NCBI GenBank assembly: GCA_012295275.1
Contig: CM022667.1
Location: 7,936,001-8,000,000 of the forward strand
Length of the DNA: 64,000 nt
Direction of reading: 5' to 3'
From: Chrysomallon squamiferum
Lineage: Eukaryota > Animalia > Mollusca
A program made the position numbers and the translations under genes. The notes beneath the pieces were generated by a model, which saw nothing but the letters and a program-made list of their open reading frames with translations, ran no database searches and was not told where the DNA came from. Numbering within the stretch: the first letter of the stretch is position 1; the number at the start of each line of letters is the position of its first letter. Of this stretch, positions 1-31,426 are shown in pieces.

Positions 1-151
1 ACCGTTTTGTATTAAAACTAACTGCACAAATAAAGGGAGATAACTGTGGTAACCTTGCTCTCGCTCCTCGCTATATAACCCAGCACAACTGGTTGCAGTT
101 ATTTTAAATGTACACATAATTTTTTTTTTTTTTTATATATATATATATATA

Positions 152-216
<65 letters not shown>

Positions 217-493
217 CATCATTACCTCCTCTGCATATTAAAAACTGAAAAATGTTATTTATCTTTTATACTGTTGTTAACAATAAAATGTCCCCTATGC
301 TTACAAACTGATCACGGAGACTGAATTCACTGAGGATACAAAGAACCACCAGATATGTCTTCCATATTTTACAAATAACTTTATTAATTCAATATGAATG
401 CACAAAATTTTCTTTAAAACAAAAAAATAATAATAACACATTATAACGTAATACTAAAGCAAAGAACTTATGATAAAAATAATTACACAATAA

Positions 494-1880
<1,387 letters not shown>

Positions 1881-3778
1881 CGCAGGAATCTGAACTTTGA
1901 TATGAGCTTTAAACCGACAGCTTTACATGACTTAGTGTTCAGTTGCAGTATAGTCACAAAATCCACCATTTTTACTTTATACACCAAACTCTGTTTTTAT
2001 TAATTTATTTATTTACAGCATTTATTGCTATTGCTACATCAATGTCGCCATTTTTGATCAAAATTACTATTATTTTAATTTATCAAAATTAATTAAGACA
2101 TTATATTTTTTGGTTCATACTTTATTTAAAGTAAACAATAAAAATGTGTTTTACTTCACATATTTCTTGTTGGTTTTATTCTTTTTTTGTTTCTTTTTTT
2201 CAGTTTTTTGTTTTTACTTTTTCATTGAAAAGTTTTATGTTTTAGTATAATCAGTTTAATGTTTATCTGTCTGTGTCTAATAGATGTAATGAAATCTTTC
2301 TAACTAAAGACAGTTTGAAACGTGAAGCACCTCTCGATATGAATTTAAAGTGTTTTAAATCTTTGTATGTGGCACAACTGATGCCATGATTGACTAGCAT
2401 CAAAATATGACAAATGCTTATTTTGATGTCACGTTGCTGAAGTACCCTTCAGACAATTATTTTTAAACATCTAACTCAGCAATATCATAATTTCGAATTC
2501 CTCTTTAGCAGACACGAAGTAGATTCAACAGTTACTTTAAAAAGAAAATGATAAATGATAAGAGAATAACAAAATTAAGATAAATTTTAAAAAATATTAA
2601 GAAGAATTTATTTTCAGTGATTTTGTATGTTATGTAAAGAACCAAATATGTACTTTAAAAACTAAAAATCATCACGTTCAAAGACCCAGATACTATTCGA
2701 CTAGTAATCTTATTGTTAACCTAAGAAAACACATTTCTGAATTATGAATAGCTAATAAAAAATGTTTATCATAAACGGTTGTCTACTAAAAGGAATATTA
2801 ACTAGATTTAATACTAGTTATCTATGTTTTTAAAACATATCTGTCTTTATATTCTTGATAAATATAGATGTGGTGAGAACCTTTTCATATTTTCAAACAA
2901 ATTAATCAGAAATTGTCGTATTCAAATAAAAAAATGAAATAAAATAAAATAAAAAATAAAAACAGAACGTAATATAACATATTTATTAAAAACCATATCT
3001 AAGTGGGATGGTAAGAAATAAATTAAAGTACGCCTAGATAACGACAGGTTTGTATTCATTGAACTCAGTAGATAATATCGGATGACGACTATGTTGACAT
3101 GTTTTTCAGGGTATGTGAATATAATTATACTGATCACGTGATTTCCTCGGGTCACCGGTGAAATTTAAAACAAAAACCCATTAAACCAGCAGTGAACTTT
3201 CTGTGAGTAATAAAAATATAACCGTCAGAAATATGAATTTTTGAATCACATGTCGACCAAAGAGCTAGAAAATTACTTTGATAGAATTTTTTTTTTTTTT
3301 TTTTTATGACATATTTGTTTTACAGAAACAAAAGCTTGATGGTTGTATCTTTGTAAGTGCCTTCGACAAAAGTGATAAAAATAAAAAGACACACACACCC
3401 ACACACAGACACACACTCACACACTCACACACACACAAACACACACACACACACACACACAAACAAAACATACACACATACACAAACAGAAACACACACA
3501 CACACACACATACCTAGAGAGAGAGATGATCAGAGGAAACTAGTTAATGGGATTCTCAGAACTCCTCTAATCAATTAGCAACAAATGATATTTTATCTTC
3601 AGACTTCCCGTAAACAGGAAGACGTAGTACAGAGTTTGATATGTTACGTGTGGGGCCTGTCTGGAACAGGAAATGACACTTCTGGCGTACACAGCAGGAT
3701 TGACTTTGCGAGTGGTCAACTCAACTACAAATGCTCCTATTGTTTAATAAATTAAGTTAAATAATAACAATAATAATA

Positions 3779-3929
<151 letters not shown>

Positions 3930-4070
3930 ATAATTAACTGAAGCTGGAGTTTTGGGTGAGTATTTATTTTTTATTGGTTTTGTTGTTGTTGCTGTTGTTT
4001 TAGTTTGTTAATTTCTTTGGGTTTTTTGTGGGGTGTTTTGTGTATTATTATTTAGTTATTTATTTATTTA

Positions 4071-4133
<63 letters not shown>

Positions 4134-4617
4134 CTACAAATAGTAATAGTTATAGTTAAATTTATTTATTTATTTATTTTTTACTTTTTTATTTTTTTTT
4201 ATTTTGTTGTTCCTGTTCAGTTTTAACAAATTAATTTCTTATGTAGTATTTTACAAATATCCAACATTTTTCAAAAGCTGTTCAGGAAAAGGCAAATATA
4301 TTTATTTTTGCTTATTTTTCAATGAGATTTTCAGATGGAGTAAATCTGAAAACAGGAGTTATTTTAGCTGTTATGTTACGTTCTTCTAGGCATATTACAC
4401 TTTGTTCCTCAAGATCTTATTGTTCCGGTGTTATTTTTAGTGCTGTCGTTCAAATATTACTTGTCAGGTGTAATTTGAAAAACAACCAATCAAATGTTTA
4501 GGATTCATATTTACGGTATTGTTATAGCGAGTTGAAAATAATCGTTACCGCCGCTACTAGCAGAACCCGTCCAACGGTCTCAGCTCGTCTCGGAGTCTGT
4601 CTGAAAAACAAATAAAC

Positions 4618-8125
<3,508 letters not shown>

Positions 8126-10535
8126 AGTGAATTCCCAGCATTTAACACAGCAAGTGAATTGTGATGAAAGGCAAAGTGTTCATGTTTCTATGACGATAAT
8201 GTTTTCCTATGTCTGATGTACTCTTTTCTTTACAATACATACACACACAATACAAACAGTATTAAGTTTTAAATTCAACACACCTTTTCAGTTTATATCT
8301 TTTCATTACATATCACTGAATAAAGTATTCTTGTGATGGAATCAAAAAATTTGTTCACTTTCTAGTAATTGTTTGGGTGCATGTCTTTGTTTTCTTTCTT
8401 TTTTGTACATGTTTCGTCTTCTTTGTTTTTTTTTTTTATTGGTTCAGTTTTTTGGGGGGGTTAATGTTGGGTTTTTTTCTGGGTTTTTTTATTTTTTTTT
8501 TTATTTGCCTGGGAGAGTGTTGGGACACTACCTCTCAGAAGCAATGAAGATTAAGAGAGGCTTTTATTTTCAGTTTTTCAGGACATCATTTCCCTTTATT
8601 CCATTACTTTGAAGGTTATGGCCAATTATGCACTATTTACATAAATATATTTGTCTATGGTTGTGAAATATGACAAGATAGGTAGAAACTAATTATTATA
8701 TATTTTGGATTTATTGATAATAAAGATTAACATGTAACAAAATGTAAGATGTAATGTTAAATTACTGAATATGTTGGTAAATCTATAAGTAATGTTCAGG
8801 CCATGCTATATTTCCACAGAGAATGGTAAGAAAAACTAGAGATTTGTCACATAGAGAAGATGAATCATACTGCCTGCAGGATGTAAAACAAATGGGGAAA
8901 GATCAGAAGAGATACGGTTCTGTTCCTTAAAGACACGCCCCACCCCACCCCCTGTATTTCACAGCACCTGAACTGAGTCTTAACCCCCACCAGTGCTGGG
9001 AATCTGATCGTAACGCACAAAAAATAGGTATTAAAATATTTCATTTAGATCTGAAAAGTGAATTTAGCACTGGTATGAAAATGGTCAATATTCCACGATC
9101 TTCGCTGTTTCGGGAATCGGTGATACAGTTAACACAACAGCAAAGTTACCTTTTTGTTGGCGAACAGGTTTTTTACAAAATAGACTGGTAAAAAATTGTA
9201 AAATAAATGTTTATCATATAATTATTTTCAGTGTAAAATGATGGTACGAATGGGAGGAGGAGTTATTTTGCAATTATTATTATAACATTATTGTTCAGCA
9301 ATGTTAGAAAATAATAAATGTTAAATATTTGAAAAGTCAGCGAAGATGGCTAACCCGTTCCAGATCATCCTACGACTGATGTCCGTGTTAAAACGTCGTT
9401 TCTTTAAATGACCTCTCAGAACAACGCCCACTCGTGTAAGGGCTGTGTACACAGGCTCTAATGTCAAGTGAGTCATATTTGTGACGCGACAATCGAATTT
9501 TGATCATTTTCTACGAAAAACAGCACTGCACTAAGAATTAAATGCACTAAAATGCTCTAGAATTAAATGCACTAAAAATTAATATTAAAATACTTAAAAG
9601 CTAAAAAATATATCAATTTAATGCGCTAGTATAATAACAAAACAAATAATAAAAAATCAATAAGGAATGTTAGCAAAGCTCTCTGTTTTATTGACCGAAT
9701 GTTGAGATAAACATGAACAGCCTTGGAAACATTTTGCTACAAGCTGCACAGTCTCCTGTTGAGTTATCCCCCCTTTTTCCTCTTGCTTTCGTTGCTTTAT
9801 CTTAACGGTTGAATTTGTTTATTTTTAACACTCATTCACTATAAATAACTGTTTGTTAATTATAGAGATTCTAAACAAATGAATTAATTTTTTACTATAA
9901 ATACTCAATTTTGTCAATGACCACATAACTATATTTCGTAACTTTTCGTGAAAAGCCGGTCAATCTGTTTTCTGTATCTGAAGGACAGGCATTATAGTTT
10001 CAAAAATCGTTATAATAATTAAATACATACAGGTTTTTTTTCAAATAAAGAAAATAACATAAATTACTGATTATATGGGACAAAAAATTAAACAGACTCA
10101 GATTTTTTATAAATGATATAGTCGTGTAGATCTAATTAACACAGAACCTTCATATCAGAAATATATTTAAAGAACATATATTCATTATCATTTATAAATC
10201 AAAATACTTATTTAAAGTACTGGTGGAAACTATGTAATCTGTGAAATTCTGGAAACGGTATATTCCACAACACTTAAAGATACAGCTTTCTGAAATGTTG
10301 GTCTAAGGCATTATTTACTTTATGAGAGGCAACGTGCAGAAAAACGGACGTATGCATTTTTCAGTGTCATATTTGTTGAGAGCAGACGATTTCAAGCTGC
10401 AGCCAATGAAAAGCTTAGCAGTCGTTTCAGAGCGAGTAAACAGACGTCTGAAAGATGCGCCTAGCACAGCAGACAATATAGGAAAGCAGAAGGTCACGCC
10501 TCTCTCGATATCTTTTTATATACGCAGGTTTCAAC

Positions 10536-14734
<4,199 letters not shown>

Positions 14735-15602
14735 TTTACTCTGCGTGGAGTTGTTTGAAATTTTCCATCGCCATAACATATTTAAAAGAAAATGTAAATT
14801 TATAATCTATGGACAATTTATGCTTAACACGCTTAATAATGGCAGTCAGTTATTCAAGTTTCAATAGCGATTTGTTTTCACTGTTTTACTTGCACTTATT
14901 ATTGTTAGCCAGATTCTAGTCATACCAAAAGAACAAAACTAAAATGTCGTTAAAGATTACTTTTAATACAACATGGTTTTTTTAAATTATTAAATGTTCA
15001 AGGTTAAAATTATTTGAAATGTACACGTGCAGGTGCAAATTTACAGCTTCAATAAAAAATTTATAACTTTAAAATTATTTGTTATTATACATTTAGTCTT
15101 ATATAATATAGTAGGTAATTAACCATCTTTCCTTTGTGAGACGTGTATGACGTAGAGAATCCAGTTCTTATTATGATGATGATGAGACATTACTAACAGT
15201 TGGGAATAAATAAATTCATCGTTATTTATAAGGTATATCTTCAAGAATATTAGATTTCTTGTGTTAGAATAACACATTTCACACCTAAACTGAAATGTGC
15301 TGTGATGTCAAACAGTGACGGACTCCTAGCACGTGCAACTGGTAGAAAGAGTAAAACAGAGTTAAGTGCTCTTACGTTAAACGATGACTGATGTATAACG
15401 ACGTCAACGACAGAGTTATCCAGTTTGCGATAAGTGTACAACATCCTCACTGTCAAAGAAACACCATTAATATATCCACCGCATGAGTTCTAGTTTTGTG
15501 TGCGCGTTTTATACATGTATGTACACATAGATAGAAAGATACACGTACAGACAGGTACTTTCATAGACACATACATAGAAACATTCATACATACATATAT
15601 AC

Positions 15603-15634
<32 letters not shown>

Positions 15635-16232
15635 GCACACACACACACACACACACACATACGGGAGTATACCAGGACACCTGTGTGTACGCAAACCCCG
15701 CAATCTGCCGAGGTGCAAAATTCCATATAAATTTCTGCGTTCGGGCCTGACCAGTACAAAAGAATACAGAGAAGAAAAAATATAAATATTTGAAGTACAA
15801 TAGTATATATACACTATAATACATTACGGTTTTCTGGTTTTAAGTGTTAATTCAGTGACAGTACACATATCGCAAAAACTATTATTATAGCAGTAATAAA
15901 AATCATTTGTCATCTAGCGAAAACTCATAAAAATCCTTAAGAGAGACACAAATATTTTAAAACCTTTATTAGGAACAACGTATTTCTTTGTCTCATGAAA
16001 CTACAGAAGAAAGTTGTTAAGATGGGAAAATGTCGTTAGGTTAACTAAATCATAAGAATGTATTGTGCCATGGTAATTAGTGTTTAATAATAATTATATA
16101 AAAAAATAACATTTACAAAAATGCTAAGTAATTAGTAGATTGGTAGACTTGAATTTTACCTATTTATTGCATTTCCATAATTCGTAAAACTGACTATCGA
16201 ATTATAAAGATATATATATATATATATATATA

Positions 16233-16267
<35 letters not shown>

Positions 16268-16761
16268 TTCCCTCGTTACATTTCTCGTGTGACCAGATCG
16301 TCCCGCTAATGATTGTATTTATTTACTGAAGACCTAAAGCAAAATAGCCATAATCAAAATTAACATGTTAAGTACTGCTATAGAATCACAACCAATCATT
16401 GTGGTTTGGATAATTAACTGATAACAATACACTGTGCTATAATTAGTAACTAGCAACCACCAGCCCCACCCCTAAAACCACCCTTTCTCTGAGGATTAAG
16501 AAATTGTTATTGCAACCTGATACGTTCAAGATCTCGACGTCCGCCTATAAATAGAAACAAATTTACTGGCAAGGGAAGTAACTCTATTTAGCTATTATTG
16601 GGACCAAGATACTGTCGGCGCATGGCAACAGCGGTCACCAACGACAACTAACAACATCTAGCTATAAACAACACTCGCGTCTTGACAAACAGTACATTTC
16701 CAGCTTCAACGGCAGACACCGCAGTTTCGTAAATCGGTCTTAGAACGAAAATCAAGCCAAA

Positions 16762-19789
<3,028 letters not shown>

Positions 19790-22425
19790 ATATAAACATC
19801 TGAATCATGACAAACATTTCTTTTTTTAATTTTATATATTACTTTAATTTAACACTTCATATTCATTTTTATTTTCTGTACGATACTAAAATCGGACAAT
19901 AAAGACATAAATTTCATAACAATTTTGAAGAGTTTTATTTGCAAATATTCTTAATCTATAGATTTTGTCTTGATCTTTCTTCTGTGTATAAGTTACATAA
20001 CATGGCGCAGTATGAACAGAGAAAATGTTTTCTGTTTGAGTTCATTGACTTTATTTCAAGTACTTTTTCCCTTTTATCACATCTACTTTAACAACATATT
20101 CTGTATTATTTTCATTATTATTATTTTTATTATTATTATTATTATTATTATTAATTGGTTTGGTTATGATTCACAGAATGTTCTGAATTTGAATAGATTT
20201 TCTGGAAAGACAATGTTTACATTTAGCAGTATTATGGTGGAAAAAACAAAAACTTAAAACAATTACAAGTTGGTTAGATATTTCTTGAATACCCACTAGA
20301 AATCAGATGACTTAACCAAAACCTTCTATTATCACATTATAGTTTGACATCTTTTTCTTACAGAAGCCGACAAATTTAAGACCTGTGACAGTGAAAACAC
20401 TATCAGGGTTGAAAAAAAAAAAAAAAAAAAACCTATAAGGCGACACTAGCATTCTAAATAATTACACCATTCGGTAGAATCAACTCAGTACATATTTTTA
20501 ACCATAACACTCGTCGTACCCCTAGTTTACACTAGTTCGCAGTAGTTCAGCTAGTCACACTAGTTTCGCTATTCACAATAAGTAAAACAGTTGGTCTTTT
20601 ATCACATATTTGTTTTAATTCTCCATGTTTCCATCACATTTAATTTGTTTTATTTTATTGTAACAGCTGACATAACATTAAATATTTTTATTTATTTATT
20701 TTATTTCATTGAAATTTTACTGCTCTATCGACCAGCTGACGTAGTAGAATGTAAAATCAATATCCAGAACTGAAACCAAATACTTACCTTGCTCGGAACT
20801 TTGTCACGTGACTTTTAACAACAGATCCCCAGAATGACCTTAGTAAACACTTCATTCTATACGTTGTTACTTAGATTTGTGTGAAAAGCAAACAATGTGG
20901 GCCAGAGAGGGGATATTACACAAAGACACTGTTACAATTTATCACAAAACAGTACTTGAATGTTCAGTATACGCTGACGAAAATAAGAAAGACTGTGTTA
21001 CTATGGGTACCTTCCTAAACAGACTTTGCTGACATAAATAAACACTTCTACGGAATCATATTAATCCGCGCTAACAAACGAATAATATATTTTTCTTTCT
21101 ATTATGATCTGCTTGGAATTCAAAATACAAACCTGTGCTTGGTTTCCACAGAATAAACACTTTGCTACGCAAGGGAAACTACATACATGTACACATACAC
21201 ACATACATAGATATAGGCATACATCTCTACACGTGAAACACTAACAGTAACTATAGAAACTGAAGTGTTTTACAACTCGTAAAACTGTACGAAACTAGTT
21301 GTTTGATATGGCTGCCTCATTACTTGTACAATTACGATTTGTTTCATTATTAGTTTGGTTGACTGTTTTGTTTGTCTATCTGTCTGTTTGTCTGTTGATT
21401 TTTTTGTTTTTTGTTTTTTTTGGTTAGTTTCTTTCTTTCTTAGTTTGTTCGTCGCATTAAACCTCGAACCCAAATTGTGCCTCATAAAGGATTTATATTC
21501 TTAATCCGAAATCCCCAGTGACACTTCGGAAACAGTTTATTGTATATGTAAAATATTCACTAAATTATTTTACATATAAACTTTAGCTAATACACACGAA
21601 CATAATTATACGTATGATGATTCATGAAAACAAACAATGAAAGACAAATAAATAAACAATATATTATTTGTTTTATATATATTTTGTTATTAATTTATAT
21701 ACATTATATATGTGTGTGTGTGTGTCATTTAATTTAAAAATGTAGATAAGATAAATATATAAATAAGATATTAGGTATTGATTTTGACAGAAATTTAGAT
21801 TCAAATAAAATACTAGAATATTACATTAGGTTGAAATGTTTTGACTTACAAAAAGGTAATAAACATAAATAAAATAGTTGATATGAAAATATAATTATAC
21901 ATAATACCGTAATTATTAGTATGGACTCTCTATAGATTTGTAGTTTATAAACCTGAAGCAGTGATAAAAGAAATCAAATAATTATGTAGTTGGGTGGAGG
22001 GATGGTTGAAATCTCGGATTTTTGTGAGTTTTTATGTAGTTTTTAAATGTCCTCTATCAAAGCTCACAAAGAAGTGTTTAACCTCTTATTTCAGTTTTGT
22101 TAGTCATCATCGGAACATTGCTAAATAAAGGGCTAGGGGGGCTTTGAAATTCTTATAGTCTGAATTGCTGGTGTAAAGGAATTAGACGAGTAAATTAAAA
22201 TATCTGTGAATCCTAGAGGCCATTGCAATACTGTAAAATTCTATTTCCACGTGATGGAGTGTCCATTATGAAATGTGAATGAAAATAAAATCTCTTGTTT
22301 TTTTTTATTTATTTTTTTATTTTTTATTTTTTTTTATTATTATGTAATGCTACAACATATTAAACAAGGAACCGGCATTTACCAAATGCATAGTGCCCAT
22401 CAATTTTCCTAACGTTATAAATCCA

Positions 22426-22700
22426 TGACGTCATTTGTCGTTTAACCTGTCTTTCAGGTAATTAGTAACCAGAAAATAATAGATATATGACTGGCATCTT
22501 TATATCATTTTTAACTACGCATATTTTTTATTTAATTTCTCCTTCATTAAATTCTGTTATTCAAATTTTGCCGAGTACTTTATTCTACTCTGAGCACACC
22601 CGAATTTTTACGCGTTTTCAGATGCATCCGCTGTCACGTGATCGAAACGACCAATCAAAATTTGTTTTTTTGTTACGTAAACGTTTGTTTTAAATATAAA
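22426..22700 (+). promoter_or_regulatory. Putative proximal promoter of tubulin paralogue 5
   Basis: TGACGTCA (22426), TCACGTGA (~22633), CCAAT (~22651) and a TATA-like TAAATATAAA (~22691) lie upstream of ATG 22775. CCAAT boxes also precede paralogues 2, 3 and 4 (~4486, ~10403, ~16392). Confidence 0.45.
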
Positions 22701-22774
22701 CAAACGGTTTACTGTTAAGTTAAAACAGATCGCAGTTTCGTAGCTACTAGACGTTAGTCGCATTTCTGTCAAAC

Positions 22775-25722
<2,948 letters not shown>

Positions 25723-26861
25723 TTTTCTAATGAAACCTCATTTACAATGGATTCGAAAACTGATAAAACAGAAATATAAAAAAAAATAAAAATTCGAAAC
25801 AAATCTAAAGAGAAACAAACGAATTAAGATCTAATTGTAGCCATGAAACTGTGATTTTTGAAAACTATTCTATTTACAATTTTTTGCGATTTTACAAGCA
25901 GTATATTTTTTATTATTATCACTTTAGATTCATCTACAAATTATACAAATGCTACTTGTTTTTATTGCATGCTACAGTAAAAATATTATATATTTCTTAG
26001 ATATCATTTTAAATGGGAAATAAAAATTTTAACAAATTGTACTTAAATATTTGTTCTTTGTTTTCTTTCTTTTTCTTTCTATGTGTGTATCTGTTTGCGT
26101 TTGTGTAATGTTGACCATAAATTACTCCTGTTTTCGAAGTAACGTAGATTAATTTTGAAGTAACATTCATGTATTAGACTATGTTGGAGTAACAATCATA
26201 TTAACTGAGAATTGTAAATTTCATATTGGAATAATGTAATTAGCAAAATCAAGAACGATAATACTTCTCTCTTTTTTGTTGATCTGATGATATAAGCCCT
26301 CTTTCATTATATCTTGTTCCATATAATACATTTTTATTACTTAACTTTAATAGATGGACAATACTTTGAAAAAAAAAAAAAAAAAAAGGTTCGAAAAGTT
26401 TTCTAGCTGGGGAAAAAAATAAATATAAATTAATTAAATTAATGTAAAAAAAAAAAAAAAATGAAACAAAACGATGGACTCGTAAATATTTATATTCCCC
26501 AGGTTCACCTACCTGAAAACATTTGAATCGCTAATATAAATATATTCTTGCAAAAATTACACATTTTACAGTAGATAAGGCTTACACCGGTACCTGGCGA
26601 AATGATGCGCTGGAGATCAAATATCAGTGTCTTACAGCGCGCGCGGTTTTCTTTCTTGTTTACTTCTGCTTAAAGAGTCTTTACAGCTTTCTTGTTCAAA
26701 CGTTGTAAACGTCTGTTCAAACCAAACGTCACACTCAGTTTCACTTATTACCGGTCACTACTGAAGTTAGCACCAAGTTTAGCTACAGGAAGAATTAATT
26801 AATGTCCTATCCGTCGTGAGCCGAAGAGATCACGTGACCAGTTCCAGGCGGCCTCATTGAG

Positions 26862-28836
26862 ATGATGCTATGGTAAGTTTAAGAAGTTCTGTCTCGTTTG
26901 TATCGCATGCAGTTCGTAAAGCTTGTCAGTTTGGCTGCTGGCAGGCAGTGACGGTTAAGGATAACTAGACGCTCGTTTTGTTTACACCGTCCTGGTTTCT
27001 CACTCTAAGAAAATGCGGTATCGAAGTGAAAAATCAGCTATAACATCAGCTAATATTTCAATATTTACAAAAATTAAAAATAAAATATAAAATGTTTATG
27101 TACAGTTCCACTGGCAGAAGTTTTTAACTTTTTTGTATCTGTGAATTCACGTAACTTTTTGTTTGAAATTCAAAGCAGGCTCAACATTTTTTCTTTTTGT
27201 CATAATTCTGTTCGCGAATGTAAGATATTACTATGTTTATTATGACTACTGCTGCCTTTATTACTACTACAGTTACAGCTATTTAAAGTAGGGACTAGAT
27301 ATATACATACTACAATAGTTCTATACGTACTAGTAGTATTTCAGTACTACTACTACTACTACTTTAACATATAAACACCTAACAAAACCATCACCACTAC
27401 GGTTACTACTATTACTACATTCATACACCAATATCACATGTTACTACTACTGTTATTATTATTGCTACTATTACAATACCTTAACATCACCACCACTACA
27501 GCTACTGCGACAACTATAGCAGCAACTACTATTATATCGACTATACGAATATTAATTAGAACTACCAATAAACACAGACTAAAAATAATGAACGAATTAT
27601 ATATTTATTTACTATCTATTTTGTAATTTCTAACATGTTACACATTTAATTTCTAGATTGTATACTTTTTTCTGTCTTTCTTTGTTTTTCTCTCTCTACA
27701 ACAGTGGCGTTTTATTCAAGAGAAGACAACTCCATTATCGTAACTTAAGAATTGTTCTCGGTGTATTGGGTGTGACTGGAATACTTCTAGGATATCAGTA
27801 TAGTTCGATGTTTCGTCAGCTGCACAAAAATAATTTGAATCACGTGATGAGAACAGATTTCCCATGGGGACCGGTTCCTCATGATTTAACATCTGTCAGT
27901 CGGTCAGTGGAATCGGTCCAGAATGCATCAGTAATAGCTCACAGCCTGAAATTCCACTGGGAAGGAGAGTCAGTTCTAGAACTGGATAAACTTAACCCCA
28001 AATTCACTCTAGTGAATCGATTTGAAAGGCCTTACGTCATTGAACCGCGTGACATCTGCAATAGTTCGCCATTTCTGATCATTCTAGTTTTTTCCGTGCA
28101 CAGTCACGGAAATATCCGAGATGTTATCAGAAGAACATGGGGCAGCGTCGCTCGCGGCAAAATGTGGCCCGGGAGTCCGATCAACGTCGACGTGAAACTG
28201 ATTTTTCTCTTCGGCCGACCGCCGTCTCCAGAAATGGAATACATAGTGAAAATGGAGAGCAAAACTTTCAAGGACATTCTGCAGGGCGACTTTCCAGATG
28301 TGTATAACAATCTCTCACTCAAGTCCTTAATGGGTTTGCGTTTTCTACTGCAGTACTGCTCTGACGTCGACTACGTCATGAAAGCAGACGAAGACACGTT
28401 CACTAACATCCCCGTGCTCGTCCAGTTTTTGCAGCTTCACGTGCCCTCGCGTGCAGTCATTGGTCACATCTACAGCATGGGCTCGAGGGTTCACCGCCTC
28501 GGTAAGTGGAGGGTGGATAACTCCGTGTACCCGATGCAGGAGTACCCAAGATACGCCGCAGGTAACACGTACGTTCTGTCTGCCGATCTTCTGTCGTGTC
28601 TAGTGAACGCCTCCCACTACATTCCCTACATGCCCATAGAGGACGTCCTCGTCACCGGAATTGCCGCAGCCATGTGTAGCGCACGTCACATGCACGTGAG
28701 CGGATTTACCTACTGGAGCGAGACAGCGCCCTCTGTTTGTGACATCGTGCGTGGAAGACAAATAACTGCCAACAGAGTGAGAGCAGACATGGCTCTGGAT
28801 GTGTGGAAAAGTATTTCAGGATATCCTTGTGAATAA
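26862..28836 (+). CDS. B3GALT: GT31 family beta-1,3-galactosyltransferase-like type II Golgi membrane protein (~380 aa)
   Basis: Micro first coding exon ATGATGCTATG|gtaagt (26862-26872) joins in phase 2 to acag|T GGC GTT (27705-28836), giving MMLCGVLFKRR. TM segment IVLGVLGVTGILLGY. GT31 motifs RDVIRRTWG, DILQGDFPDVYNNLSLKS, YVMKADEDTF, YPRYAAG and IEDVLVTG. Confidence 0.9.
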
Positions 28837-28897
28837 AATATTCTTTTAACAAAGTGTTAAATATCTCCTTAACAGTCTCTCTGTCTCTCTGTCTCTG

Positions 28898-28955
<58 letters not shown>

Positions 28956-28981
28956 CCTCTCTCCCTCCCTCCTCCCTCCCT

Positions 28982-29022
<41 letters not shown>

Positions 29023-29693
29023 CACACACACGTGTATATATAATCTCCTGACAACTGATTATGTAGCATATGGAATGATAATGGCAGTTTTCATACTTAA
29101 TATGATTTTACAAAAAAAAAAATATCCTTTAAAGGATCCTTTATATCCATCAATCCATACATAATACATCAGTTTAGCACTGGCTAGAACGGGCAAATAG
29201 GAAAGCAGAAATGTTTGTTTAACGTCAGTCTACTCTTTTTCAATAAGCAGCAAGACATTTTTATATGCTTCACCCTCCCACAAACAGGAAAACGGTATAT
29301 TGTATGGAAATTGACTAAATGAAAAGAGGATGATAATGATAATGATACTGGTATTGTAAACAAAATGATAACAACAACACATATTAGTTTATTAATTTGG
29401 TACATAGTGTTTATTTTTGTTTATCCAGTTTAACTAAGTTTTCACTCAGCAATCCAAGTAACAATGTTGACCAATTGTTTTTTTTTTATTGTTTTTTTTT
29501 TATTGTTTCGATATTGTAAACAAACACTAATGTTTTATTTGCCGGACTTGTTTAATTATTTAATTATGTATACAGTGTTTTCAAAGTCTGCCAGAGATGT
29601 GTGGAATTTATAAATATGATGCAGGTTTTTTTAATCACATTTCTTTGACAGTCCTTTCATTACCAGTCATTTCGCGACAGATGAAACTGAGCG

Positions 29694-30871
29694 TCACACT
29701 GCGATCCAGTTCGGGTATCGGTAGTCTGACAATGTTAGAATGGAAGCCAGATGGGATCCTCGTCTCGGGTAGTCCTTTAAGTAGACTACATTACCCCCCG
29801 CCAACCATGCCCCCCACCAGCCAAAACTGCCCCCTGTTATCACACTATGGTTGCAGTTTGCTAACAACGCCATGTCGATCTCCGGGGAGTTGACGTCTTC
29901 AGCGAAAACCACGTCCTTGTACTTCTTCAGCGTCTTCCTGCTCCATTTCATGTCGTCCGACACGATCAGGAACTTTATTTTTGAATATTTACTTTTGTAA
30001 TACTTTATTGCGTTTTCGAAAAATGTTTCGTTTGCAACACTGTAGCCGTAGTCGACGTACTCTTTCTTACTGATCATGTCGCCACGTCTGACGTGAACGC
30101 CCACTAACTGGAAGTCGCTCCTCTTCGCGTGTCCCGTGAGACGCTGGATCTGCTCCGCGACGACTCGCAGGACGTCGCGTTTGAACACAAACTGCCTTCT
30201 GATTTCTCCCTCCGCGTGCGCGAAGTACTTCCACGACTGAAAATAACCGTAAAGATAAATGCTCTTCTTGGAACCGAACTTCATAACTTCTGGCTCGAAT
30301 GTGCATCCTTTTTTCTCGTAATACCACATGTCGACGTCCCTGTTGAGTTTGGAACGTTCTGCATCCAGTCTGAACACCGAATCGATCCTTAGGTCGCGTG
30401 GTATTACAACTCTAAGTGAATTTTTTTGTGCTATGCCGTACAAAGATGCAAACTGGAACATCAAATTTCCCAAACGTCCGCGAAAAAAAATACTCACAAA
30501 ATGAGATGGTTTGCTTTTTGTGGTGTGGTTCCTTACATCTGCAGATTGTTTTAATTCTGTCGTCGATGTTTTATCTACATCTTCTCCACTATCTGATATC
30601 GGTATTTTTTTAAATCCCAACAGGGACAGAGTTGTAAATAACATGAACACCAGATACGAAATGCTGAGAAAAAAACACAGCGGGAATAATCGTCTCAAAA
30701 CCGTGTCTGAAAGAAAAGAAACATAAATAACAAAAAATATCGAAACAGACAATTTTATAATGGGCCGAAGACAGTTTTAATTTTAAAAAGATATAAATTA
30801 AATATTGATAATTCTTAAACATCTATTGTTAAATTAATAGTTTTATAATCCACGCCCTCATTTTATTTTAA

Positions 30872-30904
<33 letters not shown>

Positions 30905-31382
30905 ATAATTTAAATTAACATTATTAATAAATAAAAAAAAAAAACATTAATCTATAAACAGCCGACATCAGCTTGATAACTAGATTAGTGGAGTGGACTA
31001 GAAAGCGACATAAACCAGAGACTGGTTTTTTGAGGACTGTGTTGTTGCATTGTAGCAGCTATCAGATAAATGATGACTTAAACGAAATTGTGCTCTTCCC
31101 GCTATATCACATTAAAATGAATATTTTGATATTCTGATGTGCGGCATTCAGATACAACTCCCTCTCGTCATCTTTTCATTTGTGTACAACATAATGTGTA
31201 CAGTGTGCATGTAGTAGTTGAAAACGTTTAGCGATTCCGACTAAACCACTACTACTACTACAACAGCCACTACAGTTCTCTTATAAACATTTGTATAAAA
31301 GTACATATCAAAAGCAGTAACGTTTCTTTGCTACTGTTTAAATCGATAGTCTTTATTTCTTTTTTACTTTCTTTATTTTTCT

Positions 31383-31426
<44 letters not shown>

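Noticed and set aside
27658-27704. ORF-track start MYTFFCLSLFF for the GT31 gene (likewise MSVSIFFV at 30752 for GT11)
   Set aside because: These are intronic pyrimidine tracts read from non-ATG starts. Phase-compatible upstream ATG exons exist.
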